DNA of 64,000 nucleotides from Yuukianura sp. NJ FZ-2021 (lineage: Eukaryota): the NCBI GenBank assembly GCA_046563655.1, contig CM102290.1, positions 14,508,001-14,572,000 of the forward strand, in the 5' to 3' direction. The notes beneath the pieces were generated by a model. The model searched no databases, was not told the DNA's origin, and saw only the letters and a list, made by a program, of their open reading frames with translations. Positions 43,605 to 56,400 of the stretch are shown here, piece by piece. A program made the position numbers and the translations under genes. How positions within the stretch are numbered: position 1 is the stretch's first letter; every line of letters starts with the position of its first letter.

Positions 43605-46600
43605 GGTCCCAATTGGAACGGGGAGATTCAAAATGAGATCGATTTTGATTAATGAGTCTCCAGAGGCCCATTTCCAGCCAACTTAACTTTGAATGTGACA
43701 TGGACACGAATGAGTCGAGATTCAAATTTTGCCGCTCCATTTTGTCCATGTCATGTCACATGTCCATGACTCACTCCACTTCTTGTCAAACACTTTGCGG
43801 AAGAGCAGCCACACATTAAATAGTCATGCAGAACTAACTCTATCTACTCACAAAAGTTTAACCGAAAATTCGGTTTTTTACCCGCCACTTTTTAAAAAAA
43901 GCGGAAATTGGAACTTGGATTATCCGATTAGAGTAATGGGAGTGAGTGACAGTGTAACAAATTGAATGTTCCCGGCTTCCATCTCCTTCGTGTTTTGAAT
44001 CCAGGGCTTTGAACTTTCCAAAAACTTAATTTATCTGTCCAAAATTACACAAATTTGAAAAAAAAAATGTTCTACATTTGGCGATTTTAGGCTAAAACGT
44101 TTCAAATGTTGTGACTATTTAGCGATTTCACGATTTCTTTTGACGATTTGAGGATTTCACGTTGCGGCGTTTCAGCGATTTCGCGTTTCAGTGATTTCAC
44201 GTTGCAATGTTTCAGCGATGTAGTGTTTTGGTGATTTTTGCCTCTTGAATAAAGTTCATAAAAAGTTTGTGTTTTTTGTTTTGTTTTTTGAGAATTGTTG
44301 TAATTTCTCTTTTTATTTTTTGGAATTTTATTAGGAAAAGAAAAGCAATTTGTCGAATCAACTTTCTCCGCAGGAGAAAACACAAAAGCCATCGGCCGGA
44401 AAGGCAAAAATAGCAAAAGTTTTTTCACATGCAACAAAAATTAGAGCAGTGATTACGAAAACACAAATTATGAAACATAAGTTTTTAAAAAAAAAAATAG
44501 GAACGAAAATTTTGAAGTTTTTGTTAGTAGTAGTTTTTCCTTAAATTATCTTAAAAGTTTTGTGGGTTCGTCGTTTACTTTTTTTAACAAATTTTTTTTT
44601 CTAATGAAATTACAAGTTTAAGTCCCCATATACATTCCTGTGAGATTTTAAAAAATACTAATCGTACTGAGTTAAGATGTGTTGAAGGGCCCCTAGTTAC
44701 AGATCGAAGGGCCCCTCTAAAATTCCACTAAAAATCAACGACTCTCCCTTCCAAGGGACACACACATCGCTACAGTTTTTCCAAGAAACTAACTCTGAGA
44801 ACCAATTATTATTGTTTCCGTTTGGACTTTGGTTCAAGGGCTCAGTTTTAGTGTTCGGAAGTCCCCTTTGACACTCGGGCTTTAGTCAAAGGGCCCCCTT
44901 CACAACTTATTCAGTGTTTAAGGGATATGGGGACAAAGGTTAGGTTTAACTTAGGAAAAATGACACGGTTCAAAAGGGTTCCCCAGAAACTGTCCATTCG
45001 GAACGACCACTTAAGGGCCCCCGTCAAACACCAACTTGTTGCATGACACACTGCCTTTACTGGTCAAGTGACCGTGCCCTGTGTGGTTACGCCCTTTGAG
45101 GCCCTTTGGCATGAGCGTAGGGGTCACGTGACTCAAGGTCAAGGGGTCACCTGACCCTTGACCTGATTGATTTTGGTCCAAATTGAAATTTATGGTTCTA
45201 AAGTAAATGTGTGTTCAGATTTCGGAAAGTGACCCTTGGACACTTCCATTCATAAGGGGGGCCCTTAAGTCCCACACACACACACTCCTACCCTCTTTCA
45301 TTCACAAAATCTTCCTAGAAATTGAAAGTTAACCTGCTAATTTTTTTTCATATGAGTACTTTGAATTTGAGTTATAGGCCAAGGGCCCCCTTGGACTCCT
45401 GACCTTGTGAGGTACAAATAAGGGCCGGTCGTGACTTGTTGCGTGATGAAAGGTCAACAATCAACTTTTTTCTCCCCTCGAGTCCACTCCTACTGGTCAT
45501 TCATTCACAATCAGACTTGGACAATGATACATAAGGGCCCCAACAATGGCCTTGTTAAGGGCCCACTTCCTCTCTAATAAGGGTCCCTCCACCATAACTT
45601 ATCAATCCCTTACATATCAAAATCCCTCCTCTGATTTATTGAATCTCTATCAAATTACAAGTTCTCACGATCATAACACCTTTTGTAGTAAAGCTACTTT
45701 ATTATTATACTAAAGAAATGTCACATTTTTGTGTGTGTCCGTCACGTAACGTTTTGGGTATCTCTAGCCGTTGACATAGATACAAATTTTATCAAAAATT
45801 GAAAATATTAAAAAAAAGTTGAAATTTTGGAAAAAAAATTGAAAAAATACATTATGGTTTTTGTTGCAATTCCGTGACACACTTTTTGTTTCCTTGTCTG
45901 AGTATTAGTCATGTTTGTTTATTTACACGTTTTAATGGAGACTTTGCCTATAATCCGAGTCCTTTCTGAGGACATTGTGTCGTCACCCCGCCCCCACGGG
46001 ATCAGCCCCCCCATAACTCATTATGTTATGTCATGGGGGGGGGTCTAAAATAAGGGGGGGGTCTAGATGGGGGGGGGGCGGATAAATTCAAAAGTACCTA
46101 AAAATGTCAAGTGACACACAATTGATTAAGTACACACACGAACGGAAATTGACACTTTAGGAAAGAAAGTAAGCTTTTCCAGAAGTAGGGAAGGACGCCT
46201 CCATTGGACATACTCTATGTCTACTACCCTATTGTTCAAAAATATAATAAAAATGATTATATAACATAATAAAATTATATAAATTAATATATTTTTGTAA
46301 TATTAGACATAGGAACTGGATCAGAGAAGTTGGAGCAGGTCAACCCTTGTCAAAAGCTAAGAATTTGTGAACTTTGTAGAAGATGAGTAAGATGTTCGTG
46401 GGTGATAAGAAACAATTAAATAACGGACTGCGCAGAGGCAGGAAAGTCAAAAACCTTATGCGCAGGTAGACCAAATTCCAATCATGATCTTCCGTAAGTG
46501 AGGTAAAGGTTGAGTCAAGGTCTCACAGATCAACATCTCTTTTTATCTGCTCAAAAGATCTCAAAATCTTGAGATCAACAAATTGTTTACAAAGGAACAA

Positions 46601-47005
46601 AATTTGTAAAAATTGTGTTTTCTAATTTCAATTTCTTCTTTTGTTGTTGTTTTTTAAGATTTGGTTAATCAGTTAATTTTTGGCCTCGAGTTGAACATGA
46701 CACACTTTTCAAAATTTCCAAGCACGCAAACATTATAAACCTTGTACACAAACAAACGGCTTGATTTGTATAAAAATTTTAGCTCAAAGAAAAAATTTAC
46801 ACAACACGCAGTATCTTCCTGAGTTTAGGAAACAAAATTTCAAACTTTCATTTCAAAATTTTATTGCAGATTTCCAAAAAATAAAAAACAAATAAATAAA
46901 TAAATAAATAAAAAATTATCAGTAAAAAAAACTTTTGGACGAAAAACAATTTTTCTTATTTATTATGCTTTTCGAGTAAGGTGGGTTTTAGTTTCGTTAT
47001 TTTTG

Positions 47006-47019
47006 GTTGTCATGGCAAC
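47006..47019. promoter_or_regulatory. RFX X-box-like palindrome GTTGTCATGGCAAC
   Basis: One mismatch from GTTGCCATGGCAAC; further GTTGCT and GGTAAC half-sites follow immediately. Confidence 0.5.
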
Positions 47020-47210
47020 CGACTAGTTGCTAAGTGGTAACCAAGGATAAAAATGTTAAGAGCTTCTTGTTGCGGTGGGTTTGAAAAGTTATTTTGTTTA
47101 GAAGAATGGAATTTTTATTTGTCTTTTTCATCCCCCGCTCCTCCGAAGATGATCATCCCTTATCGTTTGGCTCCTGTTGTTCATTCATTTGTTTTCAAGA
47201 CAAGACAAGG

Positions 47211-47262
47211 GAGGGAGGGAGGAGGAGGAGGGAGGAGGAGGAGGAGGAGGAGGAGGGGGAGG
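47211..47262 (+). repeat. (GGA)n purine microsatellite
   Basis: GGAGGAGGAG tract; explains the poly-R/E/G stretches in the overlapping spurious ORFs. Confidence 0.9.
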
Positions 47263-47439
47263 CAGAAGCGGGATTCTTTCCAGGAACATGGACACTGGAA
47301 TTTGAAATTCCCACTTTTCAGGTAGTCAACACAAAATCAACTTCTCAGGTTCCCACGCAGGTTCAAAAAAGTATAGGGACACAAAACGGTAAAAGAAAAA
47401 CGTAAACATGGCCCAACCTTAACTGAAACTGAAACCGCA

Positions 47440-47483
47440 AGGTCATTGACCTTTGACCTTCGACCCTTAAAGGTCAATGACCT
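47440..47483. promoter_or_regulatory. Composite nuclear-receptor element: two perfect IR1 (EcRE-type) palindromes plus an overlapping DR1
   Basis: AGGTCAtTGACCTtTGACCT (47440-47459) and AGGTCAaTGACCT (47471-47483). Confidence 0.65.
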
Positions 47484-50400
47484 TTACCAAATTTACACAG
47501 TTGATATTTTTTTTTTTGCAAAAAAATTATGATTTCTTACTATGAGTAAAGTCGTGCGTGATGTTAAGAAACTTAAAGTAAACATTTTTACTACAATAAA
47601 TGTTGCAGAATTTAAAATTTTTTAAATTCAAAATTTTGATAAAAAATTGTGTTAAAAATTTGATATACTTCCTAGCTGTCCCACATTTTAATTTTTTTAG
47701 TTCCTGCTGGCCACATGCAAGGTCATCTCAAATGTCTATTTTTTAATAAATTGCAGTCTGGGATGTTATCATCGCTGAGAAACTTGTGTTAAGAGTTGGA
47801 ACAAATTTGCAAATTTGCGAATTTGCGAAAACTGAGACAAGTTGCAATTTTGTGCTGACGCTGTGCAGTTTCTTGACCTGCTGACCCCCTTCTCTCCACA
47901 GAGTTTCGTCTACGGCTCAAACCTTTTCTTACTTTTCCTGCCTAACCTGGAGGCGCTAACTTTTTGCACACTTTTTTGCGAAAACGGAGTGTGTGATTTT
48001 GATCGCAAAAAAATGTTTGGGTTGCAAATTTATCATGTTCATAAAAGCTGTTTGACGACGACGGAGGCAGCGAGGCTAGACAGGTCAAGAAGACTTCATA
48101 TCAAGCGGCTCATTTTTCATTCAACTCTCCAATTCAAAAAAAAAAGTAGAACAATTTCCAAGTACGATGTTAGCCTAACCTAACTTTTTTAGAATAACTT
48201 TTTTTAAATTTTTAGAAAAAAAGTCAAAAGATTTCACATTTTTTGCTCATCTTTTCCTTATTTTTCAGCATTTTGATGAGAAAATATTCTTGACATCTCT
48301 GCTAATTTCGGGTCAGACAAGAAAAAGTTGGGTTTTAGGCGTCAAAATTTTTGAAAATGTGTTGACTTTTGTACAAAAATGTCGTATCGTAGTGAATTTG
48401 GGGTCACGAGAGGTCAAAGGTCACGCGTAGTTGCAGTTTTTAGTTTCCTGGAGTGAGTGGGGGACAAAGCCATTGAGTCATAGAGGTTGATACCCTCTGC
48501 GTTGTTGTGTGACTGTGTGAAGACGCCTGATAAAAACACACTTAATTTCACAAATGATCCAATTTTTTTGCAAAAGTTTGTGCAAATCTTTTCGCACTGC
48601 GCAGAACCTCCAAAGTCACAAAGAAGTTCAAGGAATTCAATTTGCAAAAAATTGGAGACAACCAAGTTACAAAAAAAAAACATGCTGTGAAAAGATCCAA
48701 ATTTCTTTAAGTTAAAACGAGACAAGTTTTTGGCAATTAGCAAAAAAAAAATGCGACAAGAAGGAATTTTCAAGAAAAAACTGTCGAAAACGAGACAAAA
48801 CGTTTGCGAAAAAAAAAATCAAAACGAGACAAATCGGAATTTGAAAAAAAAGGTCTGTTTCTTTTTAAAAAAAATCGCACAGTCGAGACACGGCACCCTT
48901 TGATTTTGGTTTTCCTCGCTTCTTTTAATGTTTTGAAACGAAATTCTTGAAAAATTATGAACTTTTTTTTTGAATTTTGAAATCTTTGAAATTTTGAGCT
49001 GGGAAAATGTATGATATGGATGATGGAAAATGGTTGAAGTTGAGTAGCTTGTGTGAAGTAGGTTTTAGTGAAGTTGAGCATACATTGATATTGATAGATT
49101 TCGTTATTTTGTCTTAAGAGTGTTGACCTTGTGGGTCACTTGGCATGGTGACCGAGGTCAAAGGTCAAATGGGAGCCAGGCTGTCTAGAGCCAATCATTT
49201 GACTGATAGAACTCCAGTGTTTGAACATTTAATGACAATGGAGTGGACAATGGGCATTGACTATGGGCTTAAGTAGTGTCTGTGCACAATGAGATAATGT
49301 ACACAATTACATTGTTACATCACCTACTTCCTCTCCTCTACCTTATGCCAACAGCCCTACTCGTAAAAATCACAACACTTTTAATCGATTAAAGGCACTT
49401 TCCAAAACTAAGGAATATATCATATCACCATCCACTACCCTGACGAATCTTAAATCTTAAATTTTAAATCCTGGTGGTATTAATCGACTAAAACTTTAAA
49501 AAATCGACCCAGGAAATGTTTGGATAAAAAGTAGAGGGTATCGAGGTATGAATTTCGGTGTATATTTTGTTTGTTCCAAAAAATTGAATGTTTTTAAAAA
49601 TGGAATGAGACATGATTAAATTGGTTAACATAGAAAACATATGCACTCATCCACATCATGAATGGAATAAGAGGAGTTAATAATAAAATTGCATTCACTT
49701 TGAATGCAACTGCAATTCAACCTATAACTTAAAATTTAAGTCAATCCCTTCAAAAATCGGAATTTCCACATATTTCAAAATTTCAAAAAAAAAGTTTAAC
49801 TGCTGCAGAATCTAAGGTCAATCGTGTTTAGGAATTTATGAAATTGAAGAAAACAGGAAATTGGAAAGTTGAATTGAATATTTTGAGTTTTTAGTGAAAC
49901 ATGATGCATGTGAGGGTGTGGGAAGTTGAGGGGGTGCATATTTGCAAAAAGTATGCGAAGATTAAGTAAAAAGTGGGACATGGAAGCATTACTTTCTCCA
50001 CTTTTCTACTTCTTATCTAATCGACTCGGGTGCAGATTTGCTTTTAATTAAAGTTGGATTTTGGCAAGCACTAAAAACTTCCGGAAAACGTAATTTTTTT
50101 CTTGTCTAACGCAAAGCTAAAGTGCGTAAACGGTAACTCTGTATTTTTTTACTCCGTTCAGGATGTTTTGCAATATGTATTTGTATAAATCCTGTTTCAA
50201 TTAAATTTTTTAGGAGTGGTGAATGCTCCGTATCGATCCGGTACCGAACGGTATCGGTATTACAAAACCGAATTCTTAAATATCCGTATCTACATTATTC
50301 CGGTTTCTAATCCGCAAAGAATGTCGCCGTGAAACTCAAAAATCTAAAACTTCTTAACGTCGAAACGCTCGAATTCAAAATCCAAAAAATGCAAAAACTC

Positions 50401-52749
50401 GAAAACAAAGTACAAAAATTGTGGGAATCGAGATTCCAAAATTTCAGGAGAATTAAAAAACTGAAAAAAATTTTTTTGCTTACTTGTAACTTTAAACTTA
50501 AATATTTGTAATTATGAAGTGCCGTTTTGAGCCGTGGCGAAGTGAAATCAAACCGTTTCGTTCCGGCTCTGTTTCGATCCATGTCTACCAAAATCTAATT
50601 CCAAAATGTTTATAACCAGCAGCAGGTTAGGTTAATTTACTGTTAGCTTTTGGAAAATTGCAAAAAATTAATTTGACAGAGACGGAATTGTGTAGAGTCT
50701 GTAAACTGTCTGGAATAGTGGTGTCGTAACGTTAACTTTTCCAATGAATGTTAGGTTTTCAAAAAAACACAATGGAAAAAACACAATGGGCAGAGTGTAT
50801 TGTTGCATTTGGTTTTACTTTAGTCATGCTTTGCTTAGCATCTCCTGCACGAGTACAACTTTTGCACAAGTGCCAAAATCCAGGTAAAACCAAAAACATG
50901 TCCAGCTCCAGCCACCTCATACATTCCACCCGTCCTCCATTCATTCCCCATGTCTCAAAATTTCATAATTTCAGACTTTCAAAATTTCAAACTTTCCAAT
51001 TTCCAAAAACTTTTTATGAACTTTTGCATAGAACTATAAAAGATCCAGTCTCGAAAAAAACAATAGAAAACTCTTCTCGTGCTGCCCATTATCTTCTCCT
51101 CCACCTTCGTTTCAAAGTCAAGTCAAAGTCATAGGCTTTTTTGGGCAATGCGGGTGGGGGTGGAATTGCACGGGGGGTGGTTGGCAGAGGGGGGGGGGGA
51201 TGAAATTTTCAAATTCTTTCAAAATTTTAAACCCTAAAAACTTAAAAATCCAAAAACGTAAAATTTAAAAGTGTGGGGGGAGAACTAACTCTTTTTTTGC
51301 CAAAAATAAAAATCGACCAAAAAACGTTTTATTTTCGTCTAACAATAATCGGCTATCGCATTTTTTTTAAAATTCACGCCGGAGTCAATTCAAATCCATC
51401 TCAGATTGAAACTAAAAAAGAAAAGTTTTTTTTTGGGACCGGATTCTTTTGATTCTCGTTTTTTGAGCAATGTGACTTTGAATATTTTTTGCACGTCTAG
51501 GCCAGTTAAATACGTAGTGTTTCTCTTTACTACTGCCACTTATGAGGAGTAGTAAGTTGGTGAGGTAACTAACGTTCGTTTTTTGCAATAATTTTTAGTT
51601 GACCTTCGCAGTTAGGGCTGGTGGCCACGGAGTCGACGAACTGCAAAGTCTACGAAGAGAGAGAGAGTGTGTAGTGGTGGGTTCCCACCCACCATAGTTT
51701 AGTGCTGGAAGTGCTTACGAGCCCAAACCACCCACACCGCCCCCAACTAACTAGCCAATTGTTGTGTTATGATGATGAAGGTGTTCTTGCGAACCTGAGG
51801 GTGGGAACAGATCAATTCCCAAGCCAAAAGAAAAGCAAAAACATCCCACGGCCCAGATCATCATCATTTCTCTTCATCAGGAGATGGAATCAGGGATTGC
51901 AATGGACCACAAATTCACAATCAGTCCAAGTGCAAAAAACGGATTTAGAATAATTTAGAATAATATAATAACAATTTATAATTATGGATTTAAGTTTCAC
52001 TGGAGAAAAGAAACTGGGGGAAATGATATGGGGTCGCAAGGTTCGTAAACAAAAAAATAATTTAGTCTTCAACGGGTTAGGCAATAAGTATAAATTTTTA
52101 AATTGTTAAAAAATTAGCTAAACTTGCTTTACCGTGCCTTCCTATGGTAATGATTTATATGTAATCGAATGGGATTGGCGGAAAAAATTGCTCCATAATT
52201 AGAAACTAGGAAGAGGGGGGAGGGGAATGAATGGTAATTTGTTTAATTCGTTTTAATATATTGTATTAATTATTATATTTTAATATAAGTTAATAAATTG
52301 AAAAGTAATCAATGCTTAAGCTTAAGTTGAAGTTAGTGGGGGGTGTAGTTTAAAGGGACTTGGTTTTGCCTGTTCCTGAGGAATTTGCGAGCGGAAGTGG
52401 GGGGGAGGAGATGGGGGCAGTGAAGTTGAGGAATTCGCCACGCGTTGGCGGGTTGCGAGGGGCCTTGAGCAAGGCGGGAAGTTTGCAAAAAAAATTGTAA
52501 AAAAAATTTGCAATGTGCTTTATACCGACGTGGGGACTTGAAGTGACCTTGACATGACATGAGGCCTCGACTTCACCGTGACTTTAAATGGACACCTTCG
52601 GGTGACCTTGACATGGTTTTTTTTGCCTAGTCCCCCAGCGGATTTTTACTTTTGACTTTTTTTTCCCTCCGAATTTGCGATTTTTTTTTTGTATGGAGGG
52701 AATCCGGGGTCCACCATCCAATTCATTCGCGAATTCCTGGATTCTCATG

Positions 52750-53238
52750 AACGGGATACTTGTGGACGGCTGGACAGAACTGTTTTTGGCCGGACAGAAT
52801 TCGGCATAAACTGAACTAAGAATGTAGAAATCTGACGAGACTTGTTCCTTTTACCTTTTTGTTACTAAATATTTATTTATTTAACCATACCCTTGATGTT
52901 AACTTCGTAAATATTTGGAACTATTTCAGTAAAAATTGAATTTATTTAAATATTCCGCTGGTTTTTAGTAAATATTTTTGGCATCTATGTGATAACTCAT
53001 AAGAATAGTTGGTCACAAAACTGACCGTCCATAAGTTGCCGTCCATAAAAATCGTTAAGTAGCCGTCGTATTGGCCGTCCACAAAAAATTGTTTATAAAT
53101 GGTCGTCCATAACGGACGTTTTCTCATGACCGTCTTTGCTTACCAGCAACAACTGACAATATTAATGACGGTCCACCATGGACTTAAGTACTAGTGGCCG
53201 TCCAGTGTCCATAACCATCCGTCCACGAGTGTCCGGTT
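52750..53238. mobile_element. MITE-like element with 24-bp imperfect terminal inverted repeats
   Basis: AACGGGATACTTGTGGACGGCTGG matches the reverse complement of CCATCCGTCCACGAGTGTCCGGTT at 20/24; internal CCGTCCA repeats. Confidence 0.6.
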
Positions 53239-53497
53239 TTTGCCATCCACTTTTTCCGTTCCTTTTATCACCCAGATCCCACCGTTTTCTCTGTCTCAGT
53301 TGCAAGTCTGCTGTCGTGTAGAGCAGACGTCCCTCTTCTGCCGCTCCTTCTACCCTCTACTGTCCTTGCACAAATTCTTGGAACAATAAGGAAAATCACT
53401 TCTTGGAACAATAAGCACCACTACCTCCTTCGTCACTACTTAACACTTACCGACGACGTCAATCAAATCACCCAACTGTAAGTAACCAATCCACACA

Positions 53498-56400
53498 ATG
53501 GAAATTGATCTTAGCTGCGACGAAGAGATGTTGCCTGAAGGTGACACTCCGGTGGCCATGTACCAGCGTCCAGAAGTGCCCGAGATTCCACCGGGACAGA
53601 TCCTGCCGCCCGGATTCCAGATTCGGGGCTCCGTGTCGCAACAAATGGATATCTTCAACGTAGATGAAGTCATTACGCATCTGATGGTCAACGACACTTA
53701 TCAGCGACCGGATCAAAACTACTGGGTCAATCAACCAGACATTACGCGCAAAATGAGACAAATCGTCACGGGCTGGATGCAAGAAGTAAGTATTTTTATT
53801 ACTTAATTGTTGAGATAACAGATGACTTTATTGTGTAGTAAGAGACAGGCAGAGTGACATGGTCTATGACTATCCAGGAATAATGTGTCGTCCGTTAAGT
53901 GACGTTTCGTTAACGACAATCATGATTTGTTTCTCATTCTTTTGATTGTCTCGGCCACTGACCGTTGTGTCTTGACTTACTACACATAGACTTTGACCTC
54001 TTATCGAAACTTATCAAGGAGTTGGATACTGGACAATGTTTTGTTAACTACATTGTTGACATGTTTGTTTTTTGTTTTATTGCAGTTATGCGATGAAGAG
54101 GGGTTTGAATACGTGTTTCCACGTGCCGTTGGTATTATGGATCGGTTCCTGAGCGTCCACAAGATTGACCGTGGTACCTTCCAATTGTTGGGTGCTACTT
54201 CCATTCTGCTCAGCTCCAAATGGACTGGCTATCATCTTCCGATCGAACGCTTAGTTGTCTACACAGCCAACAGTTGCACTGCACAGATGATTCGGGTGAG
54301 TTTTCAATTAATTTAGTAGTAATAGCAGGTCATTTCAGCGAAAACAATAAGCGCCAATTCAAGTTGGCAACAGTGGAACTAAACCTTGTGGGCGGTAAAC
54401 TTAGATGATTTGAAAAGGGTGGTTTCGGTTTAATCGGAATTTAGATTGAGTGTTGCCAAGTTGTATTCGCGCTTATGGTTTTCGCGATAATGACATGGGA
54501 CCGTTAGCAATCATAGAAGTTACCAATCATACGACAGAGTCATTAAGTTTGCGCAATTTGACATCTCATCTTCATAATTTTTGGTTTCTTAACGTGTTGA
54601 CTTCAATTTGGATCAAATCTTAACGACTTCTTGAAGTGCTTCGTATCAAAAGTGTCTCCGTTTTCTGATTAACTCCCGCCATTTTCTCCTTGTGTTTGAA
54701 TTGAAAGCGAAAGTGGGTCAGTAGTGTTAAAGGGACTCCCTGAAGGTCATTAATATAACTTAATTTATTAATGTATAATTAAGGGCCCACACAGACTTAA
54801 CAGAAGTCCAGACCCGTGTCATGGTGGTTGGTGACCTCAATACATAATTGTATCTCTCCTGTATATTAGCAGTTTGAATTTTTGAATTTCCCTCCAAATC
54901 CTAATTGACCCTCGTGACGTGAGAAGTCTTCATTTTGAGTAATGTAGTACAAAATGATTTTTGAGAAGAAACTATGGTAAAAGCTTCCTCATCTTACAGA
55001 TAATAACATGGTTGAACGTACCTTAAATTATGTAAACTCACACACTTACATAAGACAACACTCTCCCTTTCTTTTGGATGTTGTTAAAACATTGAACTTT
55101 GAGAGTATGACCGACTTAATCGCTAATCCCACCTTCAACTGCTAGGTTTTTGGTGTGAACCGTACTAGATGATGGTTTCAGTTTCCACGGCATTCCATAT
55201 TCATTGGAGTCTCAAAAAGTAAAAGTGGGCCATAGAAAGTCAATGGGTCACGACTCTTCACTTCAACACTATTTATGTAAATACGGTCTCACTTTGAGGA
55301 AGTGTCCACAAACTAAGCGTGGTTAAGTGGGTTCTACGCATGGGCTAAGGGTTAAGGTCACAGATTGACCCGCGGGCCTGAACGGGTTAAGGTCAAAAGT
55401 AACCCTTAGCCCCAGACATAAGCCTTAAACCCAGTTTATGGGCAAAAATCAGGCTAGGCCCGGGCCTAATCGGGGTTAAGAGTCAAAAGTTAACCGGCTA
55501 AGGAACGTAACCCCGACAGTTTTCACCTGAGAAGTTTTTGGGCTTTTGTGATATCAACACGGGTCGTGTGGAGATAAGGCGGGTTAAGCTTTACCTCGGG
55601 CCCAATGATAATCGGGTCCTTTGTCTTTTGGTGTGTTAAATTTAAATTTTTATTGGGGCGCGGGGAATGACCGGGAGATTTGTGGACGGTGTAGCATGTC
55701 TAAGTAGCTGATTTCCCTTTGTTTTGGCCATGTCTGTTGTGTGGTCTTGTGTGTTAATTGTTAAGTTTCGTCTAAAGTGTTGTCGTTGGAGCAGAGACAC
55801 ATCCAGAGTAATTAATCCGCACGTTATTTAAAAAAAGCAAAGGATTCTTGAGGTTTTGAATTTGTTCTTAAGAGACAGGATGTGGATGGAGAGACTTGGA
55901 CAGAAGTGTCCTCGTTCCTTGTCTTTGTGTTGAGGTCTTCTTTTGTCTTTTTTTTTTCAAGTGTCATTGGGTGACCTTTGATGCATTTTCTATGATTTTA
56001 CTCAATTTTAGCTTAACTTCATTGTGACGTCACTGTATTCAAGCAAAAAACCAGAAAAAAAGTTTTCCCGATTTCAATGAATTCGGTCCCAATTTGGGGC
56101 CGAATTCAATAAATTTGGACTAACCAATCCGATGATCAATTCTGAGTCATTTTCCAAACAGCCGCCTTTTTTGTAGAAGGAAGTTGATTTTTTATGCTTT
56201 ATGATTAAAAAAATCAAATTTTTAGCATGTTAGTTGAAGTCAAAATTTTCAAAAAAAAAATATGAGTTCGGTATGGCGGCACATCACTATCATAAACTTT
56301 TCTTAGAAAACTAAAACTAAAATTAGGTTAAGCCAAGTTACAGTTTTTATTTTTTTCGTTGTAAACTTTTATCGCAGTTTTTCATATCAAGTGCATTTGA

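Noticed and set aside
47053..47405. ORFs with poly-Arg and poly-Glu
   Set aside because: Translations of the (GGA)n microsatellite.
50211..50587. Possible hAT-type MITE (TAGG...CTA ends, CCGTATCG/CGGTAT subterminal motifs)
   Set aside because: Terminal match too weak and no TSD identified.
43800..52700. Numerous 60-130-aa ORFs in the intergenic region
   Set aside because: F/K/L/N-rich translations of AT runs, with no domains or consistent exon structure. No tRNA, rRNA or transposase could be supported anywhere in the window.
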